The notes beneath the pieces were generated by a model. The model worked only from the letters and a program-made list of their open reading frames with translations. It did no database searches and was not told the DNA's origin. The position numbers and the translations under genes are program-made. DNA of 64,000 nucleotides. Source: Mobula hypostoma (taxonomy: Eukaryota). Below, one piece after another: positions 11,293-23,799 of this stretch. Location of the stretch: contig NC_086101.1 in assembly GCF_963921235.1 (NCBI RefSeq), positions 158,596,001 to 158,660,000 on the forward strand, in the 5' to 3' direction. How positions within the stretch are numbered: position 1 is the stretch's first letter; each line of letters starts with the position of its first letter.

Positions 11293-12539
11293 TATTCAAG
11301 GAAGAAGTGAAGTGTTGTGAGGTTGTGTGGAGGGATTGGACAACCTAGAAAGCAAAATGCTGCAGATGCTTGAAAGCTGAAGTAAAACTAGAAAACGCTG
11401 TATGAAATTGTCTGGGCAGGCTGTGTCTGTAGAGGGGATGGATTGTGGGGGGGAAGAGAGAAACTGGTTTTGCTGGCAAGTATAGAACAATCACTGTTAT
11501 CAATTGAAATTACTCCTAACAGATTGAGTTCTAAAAAGTAATCAAGTCCTCATCAGTCTTAAAAGTGGTCATCATCCCATCATTCTTTGGTTATGCAATT
11601 ATGCCTACATTATAAAAGTAACGCAGGAATTTCTGATGCATAGATTACTCTGTAAATCTGGTAACATGATAAGAAACAGTTTGAAATACAGACTTGGGAA
11701 ATATGTAACCATGTGAGTATTAAGGTCCAATAAGGAGTGCAATGATTTTTTCATGTCCACTTTAAGACAACTGTTGTGAAGTGATAGCTTCAGTTAATGA
11801 AACAAAAAACTTAATGAAACAACCAAAATGAATCGAGCATTCTTCGTCAGAAAGCAAGCTATTACTTCCAAACCTTGTAGTAACCCAAAAAAATACTGTG
11901 TTGCTTCTGTTTTTCCTGGCTCTCTCTTTGTAAAATCCTAGCTCCAACTGTCTTGTAGCCTTACACCACAGCTTCCAGATCCCAAAGCAAGCCCCACAGC
12001 TATGTGCCTAATAAATACTGCTGAGTAATCGCTCTGTGAAAGCTGAGAAGATCAATAGCCAATCTGTTTGTTTCCAGTGTTCAACAACTCTGATGATACC
12101 TAGAAAAGCTCCAGTGTTGCTGGAAGGAACATACTGAAGCAGTAATCCTGCAGATTTTGCTGCTATCTATCTATCTATCTTATCTATTTATTTATGAAGG
12201 AAGGAAAGCTTTTTGTACTCCAGCCCAGGCTTATTCCAACAGTGAAAGTGCAAACACTGTGGCGAAAATCCGATTGTCTCTCAGGATCTTGTCAGTGTTG
12301 CAGGGAGTCCTTCCCTAATGGAGCTGTTGACTTTCTAATGGGAAAACAATGAATAGTGCAATGGGGAAGCAGAAGTAAATTGTTGGACAGTTTCGAAACC
12401 CTCCTCTCTAACCTCAACCTTTACTTCATCTAAAGTGATCATTTGAGCACGTCAGAACAAAAGATTCATCAAGTACAAATGGGAGGTTGAAATAAATCAG
12501 TTACGTTAAGGAACACTGGACGTTTTTTGCTTCTTAACA

Positions 12540-12760
12540 ATGCGGTAGCATGGTGGTTAACACAATGCTTTATGGTAGCAGCAATCTGGCTTCTTACCAT
12601 GACCATGTGGGTTTCCTCCCACAGCCCAAAGACATACTGGTTGGAAGATTAATTGGTCATTGTAAATTGTCCCATGATTAGGCTGGGATTAAATCGGGGG
12701 ATTGCTGGCCAGCAAGGCGCGGCTCAACAGGCCTATTCCGCGCTGTCTGTCTATAAATAA
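12540..12760 (+). mobile_element. tRNA-derived V-SINE
   Basis: A-box-like GGTAGCATGGTGG; V-core GGGTTTCCTCCCACAGCCCAAAGACAT...TTAATTGG; TAAA tail. Confidence 0.7.
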
Positions 12761-13490
12761 GCACGTGAAAAGAAATGATGGGTTATCTGTCGGGCTGTCA
12801 GCCAGAACTGATCGGTAGCTTCCTGTCATGACAACAGTGGTGGGCTTGAAATTGAAATGGTGACTAACAATATAGTTTTGCAGTTACCAAAAGAAAGCTA
12901 TTCATGTTTGTGCCGGATTTTTGAAAGATTCATTCATCTGCTCCCACTAATCTTTTATTTTCCATGGTCCTGTAATCCCCATTAAAAGTCACTGTTGCAC
13001 AGCGATCTGCTTAAATCCATTTTAGGAAAAGCATTGCCAATCATAACAATTTATCAAGTATTTCCCTGGGCCATTTGTCAATTACAGGTTTAAATACTGG
13101 CCCATCCGCATATTTTCTCCCTCTCCTCTCTTGAGGAATTTGACCAACTTCCTGAAAACTATTCTCTCATTGTTATTGATGCAAGTGCCTGAATTTCTCT
13201 TCTCTCCAAGTCATTAATGTCTTATCATCCTTCCTGCAATTCCAGTAATTCCTCATTGTCCAAATTTTGAAGAGCTAATTGTTTTGTTAAAGTGGGTAAT
13301 ATATTTAGTTCTTTAAAATACTGATAATTGTGTTGGTATGAAGATAACATAATAACTTAAGTGCAAAGTTAATCAGTTATATCATAAGCTAGAACAACAG
13401 TTGTTGGGAGTTTTAATAACTGATTTGGGCACTATCATTTTGTATAATTCTGTGCCATTAATATGAAGTACAATAATGGTTTGCCAACAG

Positions 13491-13608
13491 GTACCATGCT
13501 GAAAACAAAAACATGGCCTTTGGAGAATTTAAGTTTGGACCTCTGTTCGTAAGGCTGTGTTATGAATTGGGTCTTGAAGGAACTGCAGAAGAGATGGTGA
13601 AAGACCAG
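13491..13608 (+). CDS. PTCD2: PTCD2 exon 4
   Basis: caacag|..|gtacag, 118 nt. [39 protein letters not shown]. Confidence 0.96.
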
Positions 13609-14354
13609 GTACAGCTTTTTGACTAAAATCCATAGCTATTTATTAAATAAGGTTATTAGGAGAGATGACAGATAAATGGAGTTAACATATAACTCTTATA
13701 CAGGTAAAGAATATTGATGCGGTTTAGAGTAATTGTCCTTAATATAATTCCTCTATGTATCAAAATAAAATCTAGTTTTCTGAAAGTTACAATGTACATT
13801 TCCCTCAAAGATTAGATTGTGAGCCATTCATGGTCATAAATTTATACAGCATGAGCACAGGGCCTTTAGCCCAACTTGTCCACACTGAGCAAGGTGCCAT
13901 CCTGAGGAATGCAGGCAAAAGGGACTTAGACCCATATCTTTCTAAACCTTTCCTATCTTACTTATCCAAATGTCTTCTAAACTTGGTAATTATACTTGCC
14001 GCTACCATTTTTCTTATTACTATGAGTAAGTAAAGCCAAAGATCTGTACCTTTTTATTTCAAATGCTTATTTGGTTGTTCATTATAGTTAAATTTGTTTG
14101 ATAGACAAAACCTACAACTAAAACATGTTTGTCCTCTTGAAGTATAACTGTATTGCAAATTCTCAGCCTGTTACCAACTCTAATGACAAATCTGGAACCA
14201 ATTGTTTTATTATGACAGCTCTTTGTATACCATCGTTGTAATATGTATTCGCAATTTCAAATGGACATTTTGCTAAAATCTTTACAAATACAGGTGTAAT
14301 GTTTGTACCTATCATAAGTGAAGCACACTCAGGGATTTTAGTGATATACTAAAT

Positions 14355-15137
14355 CAGTGGTCCCCAACTACCGGGCCGCAAAGCACGTGCTACCGGGCCG
14401 CGAGGAAACGATATGATTTGGCGATATGAGTCAGCTGCACCTTTCCTCATTCCCTGTCATGCCCAATGTTGAACTTGAACATAGGGTTGCCAACTGTTCC
14501 ATATTTACCGGGACATCCCATATATTGGGCTAAATTGGTTTGTCCCATACGGGACCGCCCTTGTCCTGTATTTCCCCCGCTAAGGTAGAGCATTCCTATG
14601 AAACCTTTCGTGCAGAAATGGCGTGAAGCGAAGAAGCAATCACCATTAATTTATATGGGAAAAATTTTTGAGCATTCCCAGACCCAAAAAAACCTACCAA
14701 ATCATACCAAATAACACATAAAACCGAAAATAACACTAACATATAGTAAAGGCAGGAATGATATGATAAATACACAGCCTATATAAAGTAGAAATGATGT
14801 ATGTACAGTGTAGTCAGGAAGATGAAGGCAAAAGCGATTTGTGGGGGAAAAAATAGGCACGTACGCGCACATCACATGCTCAGTCACGCATGTGCACACA
14901 GGTGCCCGCGTGAGGCTTCATGGTCATGGTAGTCTTTCCTGGGGTAAAGTGTCCCGGGATTTGACTGCTACTTTTGTCCCTTATTAGGGAGTGAGAAAGT
15001 TGGCAACCCTAACTGTAAAAGACATGTTGAAGAGAGTTTAACCCTACTTGAACACCTCCCCCACCGGGACAGCTGGTCCGCAAGAATATTGTCAATATTA
15101 AACTGGTCCGCGATGCAAAAAAGGTTGGGGACCCCTG
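14355..15137 (+). mobile_element. Chimeric non-autonomous hAT (Charlie ends enclosing pieces of other transposons)
   Basis: Both ends match the Charlie element at 59625-61610. Inner TIR pair TAGGGTTGCCAACT spans 14482-15011. A Tigger end lies at ~14571-14815. Confidence 0.85.
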
Positions 15138-18100
15138 TAATAGAAACCATAGAAACCATAGAAACTAAAGCACAGAAACAGACCTTTTGGCCCTTCTTGG
15201 CTGTGCCGAACCATTTTCTGCCTAGTCCCACTGACCTGAACACAGCCCATATCCCTCCATAACACCTCCCATCCATGTATCTGTCCAACTTATTCTTAAA
15301 TGTTAAAAAAGAACCCGCATTTACCACCTCATCTGGCAGCTCATTCCACACTCCCACCACTCTCTATGTGAAGAAGCCCCACCTAATGTTCCCTTTAAAC
15401 TTTTCCCCCCTCACCCTTAACCCATGTCCTCTGGTTTTTTTCTCCCCTTGCCTCAGTGGAAAAAGCCTGCTTGCATTCACTCTATCTATACCCATCATAA
15501 TTTTATATACCTCTATCAAATCTCCCCTCATTCTTCTACGCTGCAGGGAATAAAGTCCTAACCTATTCAACCTTTCTCTGTAACTGAGTTTCTCAAGTCC
15601 CGGCAACATCCTTGTAAACATTCTCTGCACTCTTTCAACTGTATTTATATCCTTCCTGTAATTTGGTGGCTAAAACTGAACACAATACTCCAGATTTGGC
15701 CTCACCAATGCCTTATACAACCTCATCATAACATTCCAGCTCTTATACTCAATACTTTGATTAATAAAGGCCAATGTACCAAAAGCTCTCTTTACGACCC
15801 TATCTACCTGTTACGCCACTTTTAGGGAATTTTGTATCTGTATTCCCAGATCCCTCTGTTCTACTGCACTCCTCAGTGCCTTACCATTAACCCTGTATGT
15901 TCTACCTTGGTTTGTCCTTACAACGTGCAATACCTCACACTTGTTTGTATTAAACTCCATCTGCCATTTTTCAGCCCATTTTTCTAGCTGGTCCAAGTCC
16001 CTCTGCAGGCTCTGAAAACCTTCCTCACTGTCTACTACACCTCCAGTCTTTGTATCATCAGCAAATTTGCTGATCCAATTTACCACATTATCATCCAGAT
16101 CATTGATATAGATGACAAATAACAATGGACCCAGCACTGATCCCTGTGGCATACCACTAGTCACGGGCCTCCACTCAGAGAAGCAATTCTCTACCACCAC
16201 TCTTTGGCTTCTTCCATTGAGCCAATGACTAATCCAATTTACCACCTCTCCATGTATACCTAGCGACTGAATTTTCCTAATTAACCTCCCATGCGGGACC
16301 TTGTCAAAGGCCTTACTGAAGTCCATGTAGACAATATCCACTGCCTTCCCTTCAACCACTTTCCTGGTAACCTCCTCGAAAAACTCCAATAGATTGGTCA
16401 AACATGACCTACCACGCACAAAGCCATGTTGACTCTCCCTAATAAGTCCCTGTCTATCCAAATGCTTGTAGATTCTGTCTCTTATACCTACTACCGACGT
16501 TAAACTTACCGGCCTATAATTTCCCGGATTACTTTTCGATCCTTTTTTTAAACAACGAAACAACATGAGCCACTCTCCAATCCTCCGGCACCTCACCCGT
16601 AGACAGAGACATTTTAAATATTTCTGCCAGGAACCCTCGCAATTTCAACACTAGAGACTTCAAGGTCCGAGGGAACACTCGGTCAGGTCCCGGGGATTTA
16701 ATTTTAATTTTCCTCAAGACAGCAAGCACCTCCTCCTTTTCAATCTGTACAGTTTCCATGATCTCACTACTTGATTCCCTCAATTCCATAGACTTCATGC
16801 CAGCTTCCTTAGTAAATACAGCCGCAAAAAACCTATTTAAGATCTTCCCCATTTCCTTTGGTTCCGCACATAGCTGACCACTCTGATCTTCAAGAGGACC
16901 AATTTTATCCCTTACAATCCTTTTGCTCTTAATATACCTGTAAAAGCTCTTTGGATTATCCTTCACTTTGACTGCCAATGCAACCTCATGTCTTCTTTTA
17001 GCCCTCCTGATTACTTTCTTAAGTATTTTCTTGCACTTCTTATACTCCTCAAGCACCCGATTTACTCCCTGTTTCCTATACATTTCATACAACTCCCTCT
17101 TCTTTATCAGAGTTGCAATATCCCTTGAGAACCAAGGTTCCTTATTCCTATTCAATTTGCCTTTAATCCTGACAGGAACATACAAACTCTGCACTCTCAA
17201 AATTTCCCCTTTGAAGGCTCACCTACCAATCACATCTTTGCCAGAGAACAATCTGTCCCAATCCACGCTTTTTAGATCCTTTCTCATTTCTTCAAATTTG
17301 GCCTTCTTCCAGTTCAGAACCTCAACCCTAGGACTAGATCTATCCTTGTCCATGATCAAATTGAAACTAATGGTGTTATGATCACTGGAACCAAAGTGCT
17401 CCCCTACACAGACTTCCGTCACTTGTCCTAACTCGTTTCCTAACAGGAGATCCAATATTGCATCCCCTCTAGTTGGTCCCTCTATATATTGATTTAGAAA
17501 ACTTCCCTGAACACATTTTACAAACTCTAAACCATCTAGACCCCTAACAGTATGGGAGTCCCAATCAATGTATGGAAAATTAAAATCCCCTACCACCACA
17601 ACTTTATGTTTCCTGCAGTTGCCTGCTATCTCTCTGCAGATTTGCTCTTCCAAGTCTCGTTGAGTATTGGGTGGTCTGTAATACAATCCCACTAACGTGG
17701 CCATACCTTTCCTGTTTCTCAGCTCCACCCATAAGGACACAGTAGACAAGCCCCCTAATCTGTCCTGCCTGAGCACTGCTGTAATATTTTCCCTAACAAG
17801 CAATGATACTCCCCCACCTTTCATTCCTCTGCTTCGATCACATCTGAAACATCGGAACCCTGGAATATTAAGCTGCCAGTCCTGCCCCTCCTGTAGCCAA
17901 GTTTCACTAATTGCTATAACGTCATAATTCCATGTGTCAATCCACGCCCTCAACTCATCCGCCTTCCCCGCAATACTCCTAGCGTTGAAATATATACACC
18001 TCAGAAGATTTTTACCACCACTCACAACCTTTCTATCAGCGGATTTGCTTGAACTTTTAACATCATTTATTTTCACCCCAGCCACACTGTCAACTGTGGC

Positions 18101-19355
18101 ACTCTGGTTCCCATCCCCCTGCAAGTCTAGTTTAAAGCCTCCCCAATAGCACTAACAAACCTCCCTGAAGGGATATTGGTCCTCCTGTAGTTCAAGTGTA
18201 ACCCGTCTCTCTTGCAGGTCCCACCTGCCCCAGAAGAGGTCCCAATGATCCTGAAATCTGAAACCCTGCCCCCTACACCAGTTCCTCAGCCACTTGTTCA
18301 TCCTCCAGAGCATCCTATTCTTACCCTCACTGGCACGTAGCACGGGTAGCAATCCTGAGATTACCACCCTTGAGGTCCTGCTTTTCAACTTCCTACCAAG
18401 CTCTCTATACTCGCTCTCCAGGACCTCCTCACTCTTCCATGCTATGTCTTTGGTACCGATGTGCACCACGACATCTGGCTGATCACCCTCCCACTTCAGA
18501 ATGTCATGCAAGCGATCAGAGACATCCTTGACCCTGTCACCCGGGAGGCAACAAACCATCCTGGATTCTCTGTCACGACCACAGAACCTCCTATCTGCAC
18601 CTCTAACTATCGAGTCCCCTGTCACTACCGCTCTCCTCTTTTTCCACCCTCCCTTCTGCACTGCAGAGCCAGACTCAGTGCCAGAGATCCGGCTACTGCA
18701 GCTTGTCCCAGGTAAGTCATCCCCCCGCCCCCCCCAACAGTATCCAATGCGGTATACTTGTTGTTGAGGGGAATGGCCACAGGGGATCTCTGCTCTGCCT
18801 GCCCTTTCCTCTTCCCTTGCCTGACAGTGACCCAATTTCCTGTCCTCTGCTCCTTTGGCGTAACTACCTCCCTGTAGCTACTATCTATAATCTCCTCATT
18901 CTCCCGAATGATCCGGAGGTCATCCAGCTCCTGCTCCAGTTCCCTAACGTGATTTGTTAGGAGCTGCAGCTGGATGCACTTCTTGCAGGTGTCGTTGTCA
19001 GGAACACCGGAGGGCTGCCTGACTTCCCACATCCTGCAAGAGGAGCATTCCAACATCCTGCCTGGCATTCTCTCTACTCTAAACAATTGGAACAAAAAAC
19101 TTACCGTAACCTGCCCTGGCCTCTGCCTGTTCTCGCCGCAGCCTGTTGAGCCAAAGCCGTCCCACTCTGACTCAGTCCACTCCAACAATGACCGCTACAA
19201 GGATGGCCGCTGTATATGGAGGTCTGCTTTTAAACCTTGGCGCGCTACGTCACACGCTTGCGCAGTGCAGACCCTTCTCCCCGAGCAGTGTTTAAAAAAA
19301 AAACTTCTTCTACCCAATTTCTTCAATCCCTTCTTCTCAGCTGCTTGCTTTGACT
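15138..19355 (-). mobile_element. Near full-length CR1 LINE (ORF1 Zn-finger/zipper + SGNH esterase; ORF2 APE endonuclease + RT), frameshifted
   Basis: ORF1 CSSC..CKKC and VVTGDSIVRG. ORF2 YFNARSI, GDFNFP, SDHN, YMDFSKAFDKV, PQGSVLGP, FADD. (ATGGTTTCT)n tail at 15139-15165. Confidence 0.95.
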
Positions 19356-20081
19356 GAAACAAGAACCGTTGAAAATTTCTCTTTTTAGAACCGTTGAAAA
19401 TTTCTCTTTTTTTTAAATTATTGAATTATTGTAAATCCATTTCTTTTATGCAATATTTCTTTCTATAAAATAAAATGTTAGAGAGCATAATCTATTGCTT
19501 GTTAGAAGAGCAGAAAAATGTGTAAGGTGAGAGATTTTATACACAGTAGCAACTTGAATTCGTAAGATACTTATAATATTAGTGACATTGTAAGTATTGA
19601 TAGGACGGCTAATGTCAGCAGTTCCAAAAGTTTATACCGTGTCAACTAGCTACATCAAGTCATGCAGGGTGACAACTGCATCTAGCACACAAGGAGTTCT
19701 CGTAAGAATCTTTGGTATTCTGCATGTTGATCTCTTTCAGCCTGACTGATTTAGCCTGCTGCAGGAGATCTGCCCTTCAGCATTCTCTTATGCAGGTGGC
19801 CCAATGACATTAAGTAAAAGCAATGATATCTACCTCTATAGGATTTCAGCTGCTCAAAACAACTTGCTTCTATTTTGTAACCATTAGCTGTTTGAATTGA
19901 CAACGAAGTACTTTAACTTCATTGAAAGCAGTGGAGTCTAAAAAGAATTAATTCTTCTGCATGATTGTTAATGTAATATCTTTTCAGTCAATGTTCAGAT
20001 TAGATTAAAGTCACTGTGCCCTCCTTATGTGTACTTATGTGTAATAAGCTGTAGGTGAAATAGAGATTTTTTTTTAAAGTA

Positions 20082-21625
20082 CAGGTTTCCCCTGCCATCC
20101 AAAGGTAGAGCATTCCTATGAAACTGTTCGTAAGCCGGAATGTCGTAAAGTGAAGAAGCAATTACCATTTATTTATATGGGAAAATTTTGTGAGCGTTCG
20201 CAGACCCAAAAACAACCTACCAAATCATGCCAAATAACACATAAAACCTAAAATAACAGTAACATATAGTAAAAGCAGGAATGATATGATAAATACACAG
20301 CCTATATAAAGTAGAAGTACTTTTCCACAATCATTTCCGTAGCGAAAATCTCACGCAAGTGCTCTCGGCAGAAAATCTCACACAAGCACTGTTGGCAGAA
20401 ACACTCTCTCCAGTAACCTTTAAGCTATGATGCTGTCAAATCGTACCAAATAACACATAAAAATACACAGCCGATATAAAGTAGAAATAATGTATGTACA
20501 GTGTAGTGCCACTTACCGGAATCGGGACAGTGCCGAGCACACTGATGGTGTGTTAGGCTGAGTCATCGCAGGTTGGGGTGGTGCAGTGGCCCCCACCCTC
20601 CAGGCCGCTGAGCGATACATTGCCGCGAAGCACGCAGGGGTCCAGCAGTAGCCGGGATGCACCCAGCACATCTTTAAGAAAAAAGCCAAAATAAACATGC
20701 TAATTAATTAGGTGCCGCTTGACACCAGATCAGAGGAGATTGCTGATTGCACCTAATTAATTAGCATGTTTGTTTCGGCTTTTTTCTTAAAGATGTGGTG
20801 TGTGCCTCCAGGCTACGCTGCGTTCTCCACGAATCGGTAGCTGTCCGTAGCCTGGGGGTTGGGGTGGTGGGACACTGGGGTGTCATCTCATCGTCGTCTG
20901 TTTCCATTAGAGCAGGCAGCTCATCTTCTATGACTGCCCGCCTCGATGTCAAAGGTCGAGGTTCGTCGTCTGCTGTGGCTGATATGGAAGGCTTGCTTGA
21001 CTGTTGAGCCTCGCGCATTTTTCTATCATACAGTTCTTTGTAAGCACTCAAACCGTCCTGCAAATATCCCCTAAACCTATGTACCCTTTCAAAATTAAAG
21101 TCGTACATTATCATTGCAGTGAAAATCTCACGCAGTTGCAACGCGTTCATTTCGCTAATGAATTCAGTTTCGATTGTTAAATCCTTTCCTCTTCCAATTG
21201 CATCAGCTCTTCATCTATCAGTTCTTAGTCATAGGATGCCAAAACCTCTTCAACATCATCTTTGTCAGCTTCCACAAGCCAAACTCCCGTTGTCCTTACT
21301 TCGTTCACCACGATCGAAACGCATAATTATGTCCAGTTTTAAGCTAAGTGTAACACTCTTACGAGCTCTTTCAGGCTTTTCCGACACCTTAGAACTCATC
21401 TTGCTAACAGCTGCTCAATGCAACGTGTTTAAGCAATGCCGTTCCGAATCCGGGGGAGAGCGGCTGCTTGGGGCACACGCTTTTTTTGCCGCACGCTGAT
21501 TTTTTCGCATGCTGATTTTTTTCATAACAGTGAAAACACCTGTTAGCGAAAACAGGGTACTTATGTAGGTCTTTCGTAACAGTGAGGTTTCGTAAAGCGA
21601 ACGTTCGAAAAGCGGGGGACACCTG
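20082..21625 (-). mobile_element. Tigger/pogo internal-deletion element, copy 1
   Basis: TA|CAGGT...ACCTG|TA; transposase N-terminal and acidic C-terminal remnants; inverted copy of 23800-25419. Confidence 0.9.
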
Positions 21626-21654
21626 TATTGTGATAAAGGTTAAATGGTGATTTA

Positions 21655-23211
21655 CACTCAGTGGCCACTTTGTTAGTTACATCTGTACACCTGCTCATTA
21701 ATGCAAATATCTAATCAGCCAGTCATGTGGCAGCAACTCACTGCATAAAAGCTTCCAGACATGGTCAAGAGGTTCCATTGTTTTTCAGACCAAACATCAG
21801 AATGGGAAAGAAAGATTTAGATGAAGGAATAGTTGGCTTTGTTGCCGAGTTTGCAAATGATACAAAGTTTGTTGAAGGGGCAGGTAGTGTTGAAGAAACA
21901 GTTAGGATGCAGATGGACTTCGACAGCTTAGGGGAATGGCCAAGAAAATGGCAAATGAAATACAAAGTTGGAAAATGCATGGTCATGCACTTTGGTAGTA
22001 GAAATAAATGTGCAGACTAATTTGTAAACGGGGAGAAAATCCAGGAATCTGAGATGCAGAGGGACTTGGGAGTCCTTGTGCAGAACACCCTGAAGGTTAA
22101 CTTGCAGGTTGAGTTGGTGGTGCTGAATGGAAGTGCCATGTTAGCGTTCATTTCAAGAGGTCTAGAATACAAGAGCAAGGATGTGATGCTGAGGCTCTAT
22201 AAGGCACTGGTGAGGCCTCACCTTGAGTATTGTGAACATTTTTGGGCCCCTCATCTTAGAAAAGATGTGTTGGCATTGGAGAGGGTCCAGAGAAGGTTCA
22301 CAAGGATGATTCCAGGAATGAAAGGGTTATCATATGATGAACATTTTATGGCTCTGGGTCTGTACTCGCTGGAATTCAGAAGGATGGGGGCGGGGGGATC
22401 TCATTGAAATGAATGTTGAAAGGCCTAGAAAGAGTAGATATGGAAAGGATGTTTCCCGTGGTGCGAAAGACTAGGACAAGAGGGCACAACCTCGGGATAG
22501 AGATGCGGAATAATTTCTTTATCCAAAGGGTGGTGAATTTGTGGAATTTGTTGCCACATGCAGCTGTGGAGGCCAGGTCGTTGGATGTATTTAAGGCAGA
22601 GATTGATAGGTTCTTGATTGGACATGGCGTCAATGGTTACAGGAAGGCGGCTGGGAACTGGGGTTGAGGAGGAGATAGCAAAAAAGAATCAGCCATGATT
22701 GAATGGCGGAGCAGACTCAATGGGCCAGATGGCCTAATTCTGTTCCCATGTCTTAAAGTGTTATGGTCTTAAATATGATGTAAGTGACTTTGACTGTGAA
22801 ATGATCGTTGATGCCTAAAAGGGAGGGTTGAGAATTAGAAACTGCTGATCTGCAAGTTTCATACGCAGTCTCCAGAGTTTACAGAGAATGTTGGGAAAAT
22901 CAATTTTTAAAAAATCCAGTGTGCCCCAGTTCCGTGGTTAAAATTCCTTGTTAATGTGAGAGGTTAGAGGAGAGTGGCCAGATTGGTTCAAGCTGATGGG
23001 AAGGCAACGGTAACACAAATAATTGGGCAATACAACAGTGGTGTGCAGAAGAGCATCTTTGAACACACATTGTTGAAACCGTAAGTAGATGGACGATAGC
23101 AACAGAAGACCACAAACATACACCCAGTGGCCATTAGGTAGGTACAGGATGTATGTATTACCATGCTCAAAGACAGCTTCCATTCTGTTATAACTAAGTG
23201 GCCACTGAGTG
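21655..23211 (+). mobile_element. Tc1-type MITE interrupted by a CR1
   Basis: TA|CACTCAGTGGCCACTT...AAGTGGCCACTGAGTG|TA; collinear with 43888-44416 once the CR1 is removed. Confidence 0.8.
21813..22772 (+). mobile_element. CR1 LINE, 5'-truncated
   Basis: DLDEGIVGFVAEFANDTK...YKALVRPHLEYC...RVVNLWNLLP and the CR1 3' UTR. Confidence 0.9.
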
Positions 23212-23799
23212 TAGATGTTGGATCAATTTGTGCAGTGGTTCAGAAACGTATAACTGAGATTGAATTCTAGTCACTTTTTATAGTAATACAATTTTTCTGT
23301 CAATGTCCTTGTAAATACGCATGTTCAGTAAAAGCAAGGCAGCTTTATTTCAGTAAGTAATGGACCACTACGAATAAGGAAGTTGAATTGAGTTTGACGA
23401 CAGACAAGATATTGCAGAAGGTCCCATAAAACTTGGCAGAAAAATACTGGTACCATCTAGGACTGGGTGGGAAGGAGATACCGAAGCCTTGGGTCCCACA
23501 CCACTATATTCAGGAACAGTTATTACCCTTCAACCAGGAGGCTCCTGACCAAGCCTGAATGGCTTCACTCACCTCAACACTGAGCTGATTCCACAACCTG
23601 TGGACTCACTTTCGAGGACTCTACAACACGTGTTCTCAGCTGTATCTCTCTATCATTTTATTGCAGTTGCACTGTTTCTGTTCTTTTGCACATTGTTTGT
23701 CAGTCTGTGTATGCAGTTTTTCATTGATTATGTTGTATTTCTTTGTTCCACAGTGAATGCATGGAAGAATTTGAATCTCAGGGTAATATTTGATGAATA

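Noticed and set aside
11700-12450. Repeat-poor intronic stretch as a conserved enhancer or snoRNA (also 5940-6420)
   Set aside because: No convincing box C/D or H/ACA architecture was seen, and conservation cannot be judged without alignments.
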